Assembly (NCBI RefSeq): GCF_036321535.1
Contig: NC_087436.1
Coordinates: 95,978,001-96,042,000 of the forward strand
Direction of reading: 5' to 3'
DNA: 64,000 bases
Origin: Camelus dromedarius
Lineage: Eukaryota
The translations under genes were made by a program, and so were the position numbers. This document shows positions 11,076-24,850 of this stretch, one piece after another; positions within the stretch are counted from its first letter, which is position 1, and each line of letters begins with the position of its first letter. The notes beneath the pieces were generated by a model. It was not told where the DNA came from. It was given only the letters and a program-made list of their open reading frames with translations, and did not search any database.

Positions 11076-12569
11076 CCTCTCCTAAAATAGGATCTGCACC
11101 CTTCTCTTATCTTACTTTGTTATTCTTCAAAGTGTTTATCACTACCTGCCATGATATTATAAATTTGATGTTAACAGTGTCTGTCTACCCTGCTGTAATA
11201 TAAACTTTTTTCCTGACTGAGTCCCCAGCACGTGGAACAGTGCTTGGTTCGTAATAGATGTTCAATAAGTATTTGTTGAAGGATGAATCATTGTGTCTTC
11301 TCACACACATGAAGAAAAAGGAAAGATGGGATATAGTAATAATATAAGGTACAGAGGTAACACCTATATGAACCTTTTCTCTAAAACCAGCTAATATTTC
11401 TGAATTTAACCAAAAAAAGTGGACTCTGTCACTGCTCTCTAGGGCCCCGATTTCAAGGCTAATGGGAGAACGAGTAGGCATGTGTCAACAGACTTTATCA
11501 GTACCCTCGTTACTGTGGCCATAAACCCAAAGTACACCAACAGCAAACATTTCTGCAAACCAGCTGGAGTTTAATGGTCTTCCTCAGTGGGAAAAAAAAA
11601 ATGTAGCTATCTCTTATTTATGCCTATTTTCATTAAATAAATTTCTGAAATTGGCTAGTTTTCTCCCATTGCTCATTTTAATAATTCTTCACACTTGAGC
11701 TCCCACTAGGCCTTCTGATGAGTAAACATTTATCACCAGGACTGGGTTGCATTCCCTTAGCCCAGCTTCCTCTTTCCACTTCTCTTTTTCCTCTTCATGG
11801 TGTCCAGTTGTCTAGCACATCTTCCCACCACCCCCTGACCTGTCACAGCCAGATCTCCAGGGACGAGTCATTATTCTCACTAGGTGGGTGACTAGTTAAG
11901 CATCACTGCACCCTTTTGCCTGAGGTGTTTGGGCATTAGCCTGGGCACTAATGAGCTGGTGAATTTAGTAAAACACTGTCATCGAAGTGCTCTGTGTCTC
12001 AGTTTCTGCCTTAGTTAGAGGAAGGAACACCTGACCATGTCATCAGAGTGTGTGAGGGTAAATCCCCCTACGAGATTCTTGTCCCACAGTTTCTGTTTGG
12101 GTAGCCACCAAGTAAATTTATTGTGCTCCAAAAGAAGCTGCATAATACACTGCGTTTTTCTTTTTCATCAAGATTATTTTGATCTACCACCTTTTCACTT
12201 CAATCATTTCTAATTCTCCCTGCATTAAAATGAAATTTAGTTTGTACATCTTGAAGTGAACAATATTAGAAACAAGACCAGGAGTCACCTGCTAAAAGAA
12301 GTACTTGCCCCCAGTGAAATTATATTGCAAAGATAATACACAAATCATAATTTATGGTGGACAATCCAGCCTTAAATTCCTTAAAGAACATTGTGTTTAT
12401 CTCAAGAAAAAATGTTTTTAATTTGTAAAGTTTCCCATTCTAAGTGCTGTTCAGTTTAGCTGTAATCCCATTTCCTTTTCTTCAATGATTTAAGCCTTTA
12501 AGGCTGCCTTTTCTACCTGTAGAGACTGGATTATTGCTTTTGATGACTCATGCATCCCCTTCCTTATAG

Positions 12570-12912
12570 GAAGATTATAAATCCACCAGGGGAGTAACTT
12601 CCCCTCCCCATCAATGTGAGCTTGGCTGTGTGACTTGCTTTGCTGTGGAATGTGAGGAGATACGAATGGGTAGCATTTGAATAAAAATCTGAACAGGCAC
12701 CACATGTTTCAGGCAGCTCTTTTCCCTCCGTCACTGAGCAGGTGTACCACGTGGTGCTGTTCCTTTGGTTTGCATCTGGGGATGCCACAAGCAGCAAGTC
12801 ATAGCACCTGACCCCACACCTGCCATGTAATGTGGCAAAGAAAGAAATGTTTGCTACTGCAAACCATTGGGATTTGTGGGCTCATTTATTACTGCAGCAA
12901 AGCTGACTGACC
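12570..12912 (+). mobile_element. MLT1-type MaLR LTR
   Basis: cttggctgtgtgacttgctttg...tttattactgcagcaaagctgactga. Confidence 0.65.
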
Positions 12913-14369
12913 CATCCTGAAGTGGCTTTTGCCTGCTTTGAAGATGGCTGGGATAAAGGAAAGTTTGGATTTTAAAAGTTAGCCCTTCTAACTTCTCCCA
13001 CACCATATTAAGATAAACATATTCAGAAAAAGTTCCCTAATCATATTTGATATTTCCCCTGGGTCACCAGCTGGATGAGGGACAATCAGGATTTTAGCCT
13101 CCTCTTAATGATAAATAAAACAACAAAAATACAAAACCACAATGTTTCTCAACAAACCCCAGGCACCATGTACCTTAAATAATTGAAAAGTTTTGACTAT
13201 TAAATTTTCATGTTTTGTTTTTCAAAATGCTCTCAGTACAGCACACAAATAAACAGACTTCTGCAAAAAGCACAAAGGAAAAAATTTCCACAGTTCTTGA
13301 ATACTGAAAATTATCAGATTCTGAGAAATACTACGTCATAGTTTGTCTTGATGAAATCTTATCAAAATGTGGTTTGATAACTCTAATTTGCTCTAGATAA
13401 GCTCCTTTTAGGATTAAAGGCTTAGATAATTATGCAGTTGGACATCTAAATAATTAAAGATTTTCAGTGAATTTTATCATTTCTGTACATCAAATGTCCC
13501 ATTGACTAGCTTTATGTCTTAATGTTCATTTACATTTTTACATATATATGTTTGTATGTATTAGCTTTTCATTTTAGTAATGGAGAAAAAAATTCCATGA
13601 AGTTAACTTTTAAAACATTGTTTTTCACAGGAATGTGCTAAAACATTGAATGGTTTAACTTCTGTAACACAGATAAAATACATCTAATACACCGAAGGCA
13701 AGATGCAGGAAATGTAATAATGAACAATGAAAATAGGATAAGAAAGGCTCAGAAACGTAAATAAACAACCTCAAATCACAGAATCAATCTGACAGATAAA
13801 CATTAAAATACTAGTATTATTAATGGTAAGACTCGGATTGAGGCTTTGCACCAAGAATATCAGGTTAGCCACATACTTTACTCCCACCCATTCCAAAGCC
13901 ACACTAATGTGGAAATAAAGGGACATTTTAGGAAGACATACATCTACCAGGACAAAGAGAATTGGGAGAGGTGGGAAACAGCTGCACATGTTGGAGGCTG
14001 GAAAGCAGATAGAAGAATGTGGCTGATTTTGCAGCCTGGAGGGAGCTGAATCCTAACCCAGCAGAGAAAGCCCAGACCCCTAAAGACTCAGGAACTGGTA
14101 GCCCCAGACAATTCTACAAGTAAAGTGAAAGTGGAGCTAAAAACAGAAAGCCTGGCTGGAAGTCTGTTTAAGAAGCAGTTAGATCTCTACACTTGTCCTC
14201 CACACCAATGACCATTGCCCCTTTGCCACATACACACCAGCAGAGAGGGCTGAAGGTTTATTTTCTGGTTCTAAAGTAAGAGTCTCTTGACTGAGGAACC
14301 CAGATATGAGTTAAGATCAAGATACCCAAGTGAAGGTAGGAGGAATAGGAAAAAATTATTTACTGGACA

Positions 14370-15682
14370 GTCTCACATAAATCAATGAAATTGGAATACT
14401 CCCTCACATCATATATGAAAATAAACTCAAAAGGTTTAAAGACATAAATATAAGACATGACAGCATAAAACTCCTAGAAGAGAACATAGGCAAAACATTC
14501 TCTGACATAAATAGTAGCAATATTTTCCTAGATCAGTCTCCCAATGCAAAAGAAATGAAAGCAAAAATAAGCAAATGAGATCTAATCAAACTTAAAAGCT
14601 TTTGCACAGCAAAGGAGAACGTCCATAAAATGAAAAGACAACCAACAGAATGGGAGACAATATTTACAAGTGATGTGAATGACAGGGGCTAATTTCCAAA
14701 ATATGCAAACAGTTCATGCAACTCAATAACAGCAACAACAAAACCCCCAAACAACCCAATCAAAAAATAGGGAGAAGACCTAAATAGACATTTCTCCAAA
14801 GAAGACATACAGATGGCCAACAGGCACATGAAAAGATGCTCAACATCACTAATTATTAGAGAAATGCAAATTAAAACTACAGTGAGGTATCACCTCACAC
14901 TGTTCAGAATGGCTATCATCAAAAAGTCTACAAATGATAAGTGCTAGAGAGGATGTGGAGAAAAGGGAATCCTCCTACACTGTTGGTGGAAATGTAATTT
15001 GGTCTTCAGCAGCCACTGTGGAAGACAGTATGGAGGGTACTAAAAAATTAAAAATAGAGATACTATATGACCAAGCAATCCAACTCTTGGTCATATATCT
15101 GGAAGAAACTCTAATTCAAAAAGATGCATGCCTCCCAATGTTCATAGCAGCACTGTTTACAATAGCCAAGACATGGAAGCAACCTAAGTGTCTATCAATG
15201 GATGAATGGATAAAGAAGAGGTGGTGTATATATACAATGGAATATTACTCAGCCATAAAAAATGAAATAATACACGCTATTTGCAGCAACATGGATGGAC
15301 CTAGAGAATATCATGCTAAGTGAAATAAGTCAGACAGAGAAAGTCAAACATTGTATCATATCACTTATATGTAGAATCTAAAAAGCAACACAAATTTATT
15401 TACAAAACAGAGACTCACAGACATAGAAAACAAACTTATGGTTATCAAAGGGGAAAGGGAAGGGGAAGGAATAAATTAGGAGTATGGGATTAACAGATGC
15501 ACACTACTATATATAAAATAGACAAATAGAAAGTATTTACCATATGGCACAGGAAACTGCATTCAGTATCTTGTAATAACCTTAATGGAAAACAATCTGA
15601 AAAAAATATATATATAACTGAATCACTTTGCTGTACACCCAAAACTAACATAACATTGTGAATCAACTATACTTCAAGAAAA
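14370..15682 (+). mobile_element. L1 3' 1.3 kb (degenerate ORF2 C-terminus + 3'UTR)
   Basis: ORF 14934-15323 contains PMFIAALFTIAKTWKQPKC...EWIKK..IYTMEYYSAIK. Imperfect TSD aaattattt(t)actg on both sides. Confidence 0.95.
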
Positions 15683-15996
15683 TAAATTATTTACTGAATA
15701 TTGATGCTGACCCAGGCATTTTGCCAATCTATCTTCCCAGAAAAGAGTGAGCCTTATGTGAGAATACAACCAGCCCAAAAAAGAAAGAATGAGAGCTATG
15801 AATATAGAGTTTCGCACGATGAAATGGGTAGGAAAGCAGCCTTACGATGAATCTCTCGTAGCACATAGAACTTCTAATCAGTTTTTCGTGCCATACTCTT
15901 AAATGTGAGAAGTCAGCCAAGAATCACCAGATTTTTAGCAACCCTCTCATATGAAAGACAGAAGCCAAAATAAACAAGAAGAAGTGAAAAAAATCT

Positions 15997-16156
15997 GGGG
16001 GGGAGGGTACAGCTCAGTGGTAGAGCAGATGCCTAGCATGCATGAGGTCATGGGTTCGATCTCTAGTACATCAGTTAAATAAAAAGTAACAATAATAAAT
16101 AAACAAACTTAATTATCCACCCCCCAAAACCCTTCAAAAACAAACAAATAATAAAA
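15997..16156 (+). mobile_element. Camelid tRNA-derived SINE (Vic-1-like)
   Basis: A box agctcagtggtagag, B box gggttcgatct, A-rich tail, TSD tgaaaaaaa(a)tct. Confidence 0.88.
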
Positions 16157-17796
16157 TGAAAAAAAATCTATGTATCAAATGCTGCTGAGAAGAAAGTAAG
16201 AAAGTTCAGAAATGATCACTGGAATAAAGGTTACACAGATTCCAGGTATTTGCTGGAGATTTCCAGCCTGCAGAATGAAGCCATTAGCCTCCTAGGTCAG
16301 TGATTCCCAAACCAAAATTACCTAGAGCCCCTTTAAAAAAAAACCTCATTCACACACGTAAATACTCACACACATGCACAAACACACCCACTTAAAGCTG
16401 AGCTAGAGTGAGATCACCGGGTTTTACTGGGCAAGACTTGGAATTTACATTTTGAGACATTGTAGTTCTGATTCTGGTGGACAGCAAGGCCTGGGGAACA
16501 CTGGCTAGATTTTATCCAGAACAGGAGCCGATAGCTGGGCATTGGCCATGTCTACAATGCCTGCCCTTTCTCAAACTTCATATATTTTTTCCTCAACAAT
16601 GTTTCATATCTTGAAGCTTGCATTAATATGGGCTTTATACCTAGTATCTTTTTGAGCATCCTGTTTTAAAATAGTCATTTTGCCTTACAGAGTAAATGGA
16701 CTGTGCTTCATAAAGGATTTTTCTTCTAGAGTTTTGTGTTATTACAGGAGATGTCTGTTCTCATACATAAGCACACTTGTCATTCAGATATGGAAGACCT
16801 CTCTTAATTACAGTGTTAGATGAGCTTTGAGACAAAGAGGCCAAACTCCTTCAATGGCTTTTGTAAAGAACAACTTACACAGCAAACAATACAGTTTCTG
16901 ATTCAGTTACTCATCCTGCAGCCATCTTTTAAGCCATAAAGACTTCCTGTAACGTAAAAATAAGTAATGATTTTTCTTGCATTAACTTGATTACTTATTT
17001 CTATTATGCAACCTGGTAAAACTATTCTCATCTCTGAAAGTAAAAATAACCATTTTAAAACGGCTTCTTTTTATTGTGGTAAAATATACATAACATTATT
17101 TACCACTTTAATTATTTTCAAGTGTACGTTCTCTGGTGTTAAGTACATTCACATTGTTGTGTTACCAGTATTACCATCTAACTCCAGAACTAAAAGAGCT
17201 CTTTTTTAAATTTCTGAAGATAGTTGTTTTATATGCTTAAGAGCTACTAAAAAAAACTAAGTGTTGGCCAAACTATTAAAAACTAATATACATATTAAGA
17301 AACTATTAATAGAATAACTTGTATCTTGAAATATCATATTTTCCTCTTTTTTCACCTATATTAGTTTTCTATTGCTGGATAACAAATTACCTGAGTTTAG
17401 CAACTAAAAACAACGACTGTTTTACATTCCTTTTGTCATATTAAGTCTTTGAAATCTGATGAGTCAGTTACACTGACATTACTTCTCAGTTCGTGCTAGC
17501 CTCATTCCAAGAGCTCCGTACCGGCCTGTTAAACAAACGTACTTGCTGCATGAAGACGCACCAGTTACAACGAGGACTGCGGGGACCTGAGTAACTGAGA
17601 GCTTGTTCTAGATCGCAGCAGCAGAAGCCTGCAGGATAAACGCGTGAGCCCGTGGCCGTTGTGCCAATTACAATGGTTTACTTTGTACCATCCTGGTTCT
17701 GTAGGAGGCCTGTGAACGGTCTTAGCCAGATGCGCTCCATCTAGAGGAGGGGCTGGGAACTCCAGGGCATGGTTTCGGTCAAGACACCACAGATGA

Positions 17797-17925
17797 GGCG
17801 AGGGTATAGCTCAAGTGGTAGAGTGCATGCTTAGCAAGCATAAGGTCGTGGGTTCAATCCCCAGTACTTCCTATAAAAAGAAATAAGCCTAATTACTTCC
17901 CCGTACTTAAAAAATAAAAATAAAA
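17797..17925 (+). mobile_element. Camelid tRNA-derived SINE (Vic-1-like)
   Basis: gagggtatagctcaagtggtagagtgcatgcttagc...gggttcaatccccagtac; imperfect TSD aaga(c/t)acca. Confidence 0.88.
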
Positions 17926-18274
17926 GATACCATGGGAGGATTCAGTCTAAACAATATCAATGTTCCAAGACCTGTTTACTAACAGACTTGAACTAAGGAA
18001 AGCTATACAAGGTACAAATTATCATTAAGAGCATATTACAACTGTAGTTGTGATTGCAAATTACTAGGGCAACTCACATGTACACAGAAAGGTAGTTCTG
18101 TAGTCCTACAGCAGATCTGTTTTTCCTGCCTCCACCATGAGGAGGCGGAGAATGCTCACTCACACACTGGTGATGGGAGTGTGTGTTGGGAGAGCCACCT
18201 TGGAAAACAGGTGAAATAGAAAATGTACACACTGTAAGCTTCAGCATTTCCATCTTGCGTAGATCACGTGGAGC

Positions 18275-18590
18275 TGGAGTCTGTGAACATTTTCTGTGAC
18301 AGGCCAGGTAGGAAATATTGCCGGCTCTGTGGGCAGAAGATCTTTGTTCCAGCTGCTCAACTCTGCTACTGCGGTCGGAAAGCAGCCAGGGGCAACATGG
18401 AACTGAATGGGTGTGTTTATATTCCAATAACATTTCATTTGTAGACATTGAAATTTGAATTTCATATAATATTCTCATGTCACAGATATCCTTTTTTTTT
18501 TTTTCTCCAACTGTTTCAAGTATACCAATCATTCCCAGCTTGTGGCCCATAGGAAAAGAAGCAGCAGACTGTCCCAGAGGAACTGTGGCA
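18275..18590. mobile_element. MER58-like hAT-Charlie MITE inside an old L1 fragment
   Basis: ttttctgtgacaggccaggtaggaaatatt...ctgctcaactctgctactgcgg..gaaagcagcc. Confidence 0.7.
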
Positions 18591-20507
18591 CATGTGTAGA
18601 GAGAGGCTCATGCAGGAAGTTTCCAGCAGTGCAACTTGTAATCACAACAAAATAAAAAGTCTACCTACCACAGAAACACAGACAGCAAGCAATAGTTTGT
18701 GATATACTCCTAGGTTGGAACACTGCCCAGCACTGAAAATGCATGAACTACAGCTACATGTATCAGTATGAATGGAGCCAAACACTTAGTGTCCATCAGA
18801 AAAGCAAGTCACAGAAGAATTCATACACTATGATACAGTTACATTAAGCATTTTTTAAAAAAGGGCAGAATTAAACAATACCTAGGTGATACAATGCCGA
18901 AGAAAGACAAGGAAATTATAAACACATAATTCAAGAAAATGGTTCCCTTTGGGATGAGGAGAGATGGAGATACATTGCAAGCAGTATAAAGAAGCTTTTA
19001 AGTTACTGGAATTTTCCTATTTTCTAAATTTTCATGCTGAGCATGTAGGAGTTTCTTTTCTTTTCATGCTTTAAGGTGTATATATATATCAATAATACAC
19101 ACTTATAAATGTATATTTTACTAAAATATAATCTAACTTTTAAAAAAGCATAAGCTACTGAAAATTTGGCATTGGTATAGTGCTTTGTTTCACAGATTTG
19201 TTTGCATATTAGGCATTTAGCAAATGAATCAGTTTTGTAGGAAAGGGAGCCCTCTTCAGGAAATATGTCCAATGTTGTTAAAGACTTTGAATAGAAAATG
19301 TGAACTTAAAAAAAAAAAAATACCAAACGCTCAGAGAATCACAGGACTAAGATGAACTTTATGAGATGTTTTATGTCTAATCTTAACCAATATAAAGTAT
19401 TTTATTTTTAGACGTCTCTGGGAAGAATTTTTTTTTCTATTTTCATTTAATAATATGACTTAATTTACTTTAAAAATCCCATTTCCTTTATTTCTTAATT
19501 TTTATTTCTTACCAATTTATAAACTCCCTTAGATTGTTTTCTTGGAAGATTTAAGGTTTAACTACGGGAATGCTTATCAAGGGATGCCTCCCTTGACCTG
19601 TGATAATGCCAACAGGTGGGAAATGCTGAATTTCTTGTCATTGGCAATGGCTCATATATTCTTGCAAGTATTTCAGAATTCTATTTCTATTCAAAGAGAA
19701 AAACTCTATCCAGATCTAAGATCTTGCGGGGATTAGACTGGTTTGCCCGAATATTTAACATAAGCCTTCATTTAAGTGTATCTTATATTAAGTCTATGAA
19801 AATGATCTAAATAAAAAATTACCATTTAGTCAGCAATTACTACAAATATAGTGGAATTAATAAATATATTTTTTGGTCCAGGCATTGCAATTTAGTTAAA
19901 TAAAATTTGTTCATTTCTTAATTCACTAAACAAGTACTTACTATTATTATTATAACCTTAAATCAAATGTAATACTTATTCTCCTAGATCATCTTACACC
20001 ATCATTGTATTAAGAATAATCTTTCAAAGGATTTCCTTTTTTTACATTATATGTTAATTTTTAAAAATTGGAAAATATTTTAATGTATTATTTTCCTTTT
20101 CTTTCATGGATATAAAACTTAATTTCTATTAAAGGTTTTATTGGCCCTAAAATTGTTTTAGAGAAAAACATGTACTTGTTTAAAACAAATTGTACCACTT
20201 TTATTTTTTATGGAAGAGTGAAAAGTAGGCAGCAGAAATTAGAATCCTAGAATTTTAAAACCGGAAGAGATTTTAGAGATCATTTTGTCTATTGCCTTCT
20301 GACTCCTGAGGGCAGCTGTCCTCAGTGTAAACTGAGTTCTAAAGTGGTCACTTGTTTTTCCCCAAATCATATAATTTTAGTAATTGAGGCAACTCTTTTA
20401 ATCAGTTGTAAGTGAAATTATGTAGAAGGTTGGGTTTTATCTTAGTGCAATAGTTTCTTTAGCAGTCTCTTGGCATGCCTACTCTTTTACCTTTGGGTAG
20501 CTGGGCG

Positions 20508-20710
20508 GCAGTGTTGTGTAGCGGGATAAAGCTTTCAAGTCGGAGAGAGCTGGGAGCTGGCTCTTGCCACTTGGTGGCAGAATTTGGGCAAATTACTAGG
20601 TATCTAAATGGGAATAATAATGCATACCCTATGGTGTTGTCATGGGCTTAAAAGAGATTCATAGTGCTTGGAACACAATAGATCTTCAGTTAATAGTAGC
20701 TGTCATTATT
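20508..20710 (+). mobile_element. MIR SINE
   Basis: gcagtgttgtgtagcgggataaagc...ttgggcaaattac...aaatgggaataataat. Confidence 0.7.
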
Positions 20711-23700
20711 ATGAGCTGTATATTTTATTAGCTGTATATTTATTATTATTATCCTTAGCTGTGTATTTTTATATTATTACTTGTTTATTTTTATTACTGA
20801 TGTTATTTAATGCTTATATGCATTTTCATCTGAAATTCATTTCTTAATTACATATGTGCTGTAATTCACTACATTTTCCCACAGTCCTTAGCAGAGTGCC
20901 TTGTATCATATTTAATTCATTAGTGTCTCTGTTTCCTCATTTGTATTAGGAGGAAAGGGTTGGAAAGGATATTTCAAAATCCCTCATAGTCCTAAGTTTC
21001 CATTTGTTCATTAGATGTTTTTTTTAAACTAAAAAAATCCCTGCTTCTCAGAGGGGAGTTTTCAAGTCTGAATTACTACATCAACTTCTTACAGTAATTC
21101 ACTCTTCTACACAATGAGAAATACTGGATTAAACATCATTGTTAGAAGTTTTAAAAAAATGCTGTGGTTGGGGTGGAGGATAAATCACTGTTTAATAAGT
21201 GTTGTCAGGCAAGCAGAACAGTAGGGAGAAAAATTAGCTTTGCTCTGGACTTCGTGTTGTATTCTGAAGTCCACTGCAGATGGGTCAAAGAGTTGAGTAT
21301 TAAAACTAATCTATCAAAGAAACAAATCTTTGGAAAAATGGAATGCCAAATTTAATTCAGTTATGGAGGAGAAAATACATCTCTGAATATTGAGAAGTGT
21401 AGGCTGCGACCAGATTTGCAATGCATATGATCAAATCTGTTGAGGTCAAACTAAAAGCTGTGTACACACAGTGTATTGAGATAAATATTGAAATAAATGA
21501 ATAGAATAGAGGAAGCAAATGCAATGATGACATCTGATAAAAGCTTTACTATTGACATATAGCAAGCTCACCAATGTACAAGCCAGCAAGGAGAATTCCT
21601 TCAGCAAGCATTAAAGCTGATCCAGAATAAGAGATATTTCATTGTCTCATGGAAAGAACCTATGGGCCAATAGAAAGAAGAAATATAAAATAAGGTAGCA
21701 AAAATTTTTAAAAAATTATAATGTCCAGTAGAGCCAGGGCTACATGGTCACCATGGGAAAACAGAATGTGCTTTCTCACTGCAGAAGGAACGTTTCTGGA
21801 GAATAAGTTTCCAATATGTAGTAGGCGCTTTAAAAACTATCCATACCCTTTGACCCACTAATACTATTTTGGAGATATACCCTAAGGAAATAAACTTAAA
21901 GGAAGTGACATCACTTGTAGAAGCACAAATATAGCTGCTCTGTTTATAATACAAAATAAAAGAATAGAAAGGGAAAGAGAGTTTATGCCAACAACAAAAA
22001 AATTATGGGACATATTGATCCACATATGTATATGTGTGTATGTACATATGTGTGTTTGTGTACACATATAATACATATACATTGACATAGTCTCTAGGCA
22101 GAAAAAGTTTGTGTGGTCTGTGTAAATACTTGGAATTTTTTTGAAAATAATCTTAAGGTGAAGAAGAGAAGCCCAGGATAGTAGTTATGTACTGACTGTA
22201 GCTGTAACCATTCATGAAATGATTGTTTATTTAGCTGACTTAAATCTCATGGCCTCTCTTTCCTCTGTGAAGCAGATGACTAAATTGTTTGTTGAAAATC
22301 CTTGGAAATGAGGAAGGTAAGAGATGATGGAAGGCGGGATCTTGGAAAGAATCTGTAAGAACTGATGTAGCTGCTTTGGGGAGCAAGATAAGGAGGCAAG
22401 TATTCTTAGAAGGACTCTGGCTGAGGTCACAGATCATGAATTTGTTGCAGTCTAAAAAGTGATTTTTTTTCCTGACACTAATCCAAAATCAGAATGTGGG
22501 AGTGAAAAAATGGAGATCGAGTCAGGAAACAAAAGTTAGAGTTTGCAGAGAGGTGACAAGAATGACAAAGGAACAAGTGAGTTGAAGTGTGGTAAATATA
22601 TCAGTCATCTGGTTGAAGGTAATGGAAATGAACCATTAACTTCAGTACATAATGAATAGCTCAGAGATCAAAGGGACGGTTAGAGAATCAGGCTTAAAAC
22701 AACAGACGGGAACCAAGGGAGATGAGGCAGCCTACACAGGAATGAATGACCAGGAGACCCTGCTGGAATGGCTATCCCTGTTGCCTAGGAGCCAGCAGGG
22801 CTCCTCCGACTGCCACTACACCTGCCCCACCTGGACTTTGCAGCCCTGAAAACATACTAAACTATCCTTTTGTTCCTAGATGTTAAGAATTGAGGCCTCA
22901 GGCAGGAGCATCCAACTGGCTAACCCTTGATCACGTGTCCAGGAAGGGGAGAGAAGTGTCTGGCTCCTGCAGCCTCCATACTGGGAATGAGTCTTTACCT
23001 CCCAGCAGACTCTCACCTTAGGGATTCCTCCCAATTAGAAATGGGGATTTAGACGCTGAAAAGGAAAACAAACAACACACAAACAACAACAAACCCTATC
23101 AATCACTGTAGTGAGAAAGAGTGGGTGAGTGCTGGACCATTGGTTCTGGGATTATAGAAGATGTGGGAAGAGAGCGGGATAATGGTACTGGAGGTCTGGA
23201 TGCATGTTTAAATGTCAATGACGAGAATGCTGGAAAGAGAGGAGAGTGTCAGAGACACTAGAGAGACACTAGGACATTTGAGTTTAAAATTTCAAAGGGG
23301 GAGCACACAAGATTTCTAGGCATGGACACAGTTGTAGTTATGCAGCAAAGACAGCCAGGAGAAGACTTGGAATGATGGGAACGGGAGAGAGGTAATCTTC
23401 TATGTCTTAGAACTACCCCGGCTCATAGCAGAGAGCCTGGCCCTAAAATAAGTAAGTGAATGAATGTTGAATGGATTCTTTGCTTCTGTAGAGTTTTCTG
23501 TATTTCTGATTTATATATATAAAAAAAAAAAAAGCAGAAAGTTGTACTGAAGGTTTACCCTGATAATAACTTAATCTGATTTTCTGCATGACTTCGAGGT
23601 ATGACATAACAGAGTCATGAGGCCTAAAAACACCCAGCCTAAAAACACTGGCAGTTTGCTTTATAAACTAGGCATTCGTATTGCCTTATTTGTAGAGATA

Positions 23701-23738
23701 GAGCTAAACAATTTTAGTACATCTCTCTGTTAGGTTTA

Positions 23739-24280
23739 TTTACTTATTTATTTTTTAATTGAAGTATAGTTGATTTTCAGTGTTGTGTTAGTTTCTGGTG
23801 TACAGCATAGTGATTCAGTTGTACACATATATATATTCTTTTCTGTATTCTTTTTCATTATAAGTTATTACAAAATATTAAATATAGTTTCCCATAGTCC
23901 TATACAACAGGACCTTGTTTATCTATTTTATATATAGTAGTATCTGCTAATTCTAAACTCCTAGTTTATCCCTCCCTAACCTCTCCCCCTGTGGTAACCA
24001 TAAGTTTGTTTTCTACGTCTGTGAGTCTCTTTCTGTTTTGTAAATAAGTTCATTTGTATCAATTTTTTTTAGATTCCATAAATAAGTGGTATCATATGGT
24101 ATTTATCTCTCTCTGTCTGACTTACTTCACTTAGTATGATAATCTTTAGGTCCATCCACATGGCTGCAAGTGGTATTATTTCATTCTTTTTTATGGCTGA
24201 GTAGTATTCTATTGTATAAATGTTCCACATCTTCTTTATCCATTCATCTGTCATTTAGGACATTTAGGTTGCTTCCACTG
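23739..24280 (-). mobile_element. 5'-truncated L1
   Basis: ORF 24069-24254 DEWIKKMWNIYTIEYYSAIKKNE is the ORF2 C-terminus. TSD ctgttag(g/a)ttta at 23727-23738 and 24281-24292. Confidence 0.93.
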
Positions 24281-24339
24281 CTGTTAGATTTAAAGGGTAA
24301 GTTGGAGGGGGTCTGATATTATTGCTGATCACTTGCCTG

Positions 24340-24850
24340 TTTGCTGTTAGATTCATTCTCTGCCCTCTCCCTGCTCTGCTCTGTATTGTAGGGGCCTACA
24401 TTTCTCAGGCTCCCTGGTGGACTGGTTTCTTGATAGGTTCAGCAACAGGGAGGCAAGAAAGAAAGCTTTGGGGCGAAGAGGAGGAGAGAAGCCGTAGCAT
24501 TCCTCTGTGCGCATCCGTCTCATTCTTCTTCCTTCTTTTCCTCCTTCCTTGCCTCCCTCCGTGTCTCTCTCTGTCTCTGGTGGAGTCTCCTACGGCAGCT
24601 GTGCCTCTCCCTCCTGCCATCAGCCCCTCTCTCTGGAAAGCCCCAGCTCTGGGGCTCTGCCAGCACCATCTCATCCTACTGACCTCCTCGTCCTGGGGAT
24701 GGTGCTGACTTCCTATATCTCTCATCTCTGGGCAGTCTCACTGCCCCCTCTTTGGCTTCTCAACTCTTTTTATAAATTCATTGTATTAAATTCTCATTGT
24801 TTGAAAGACCTAAAGTGTTTTCTGTTCTCCTGAGGGGATCCTGACTGAGT
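24340..24850 (+). mobile_element. Old ERVL LTR (LTR33-like)
   Basis: ccctgctctgctctg...catttctcaggctccct...attaaattctc...tttctgttctcctg...ccctgactga-like end. Confidence 0.55.

Noticed and set aside
15997..16075. tRNA-like sequences (also 17797, 37367, 54922)
   Set aside because: These are SINE heads with a shared non-tRNA 3' body, A-rich tails and TSDs, not tRNA genes.
20710..20780. Three copies of agctgt(a/g)tatttt
   Set aside because: Short AT-rich slippage duplication at a MIR tail; not a CRISPR-like or functional array.
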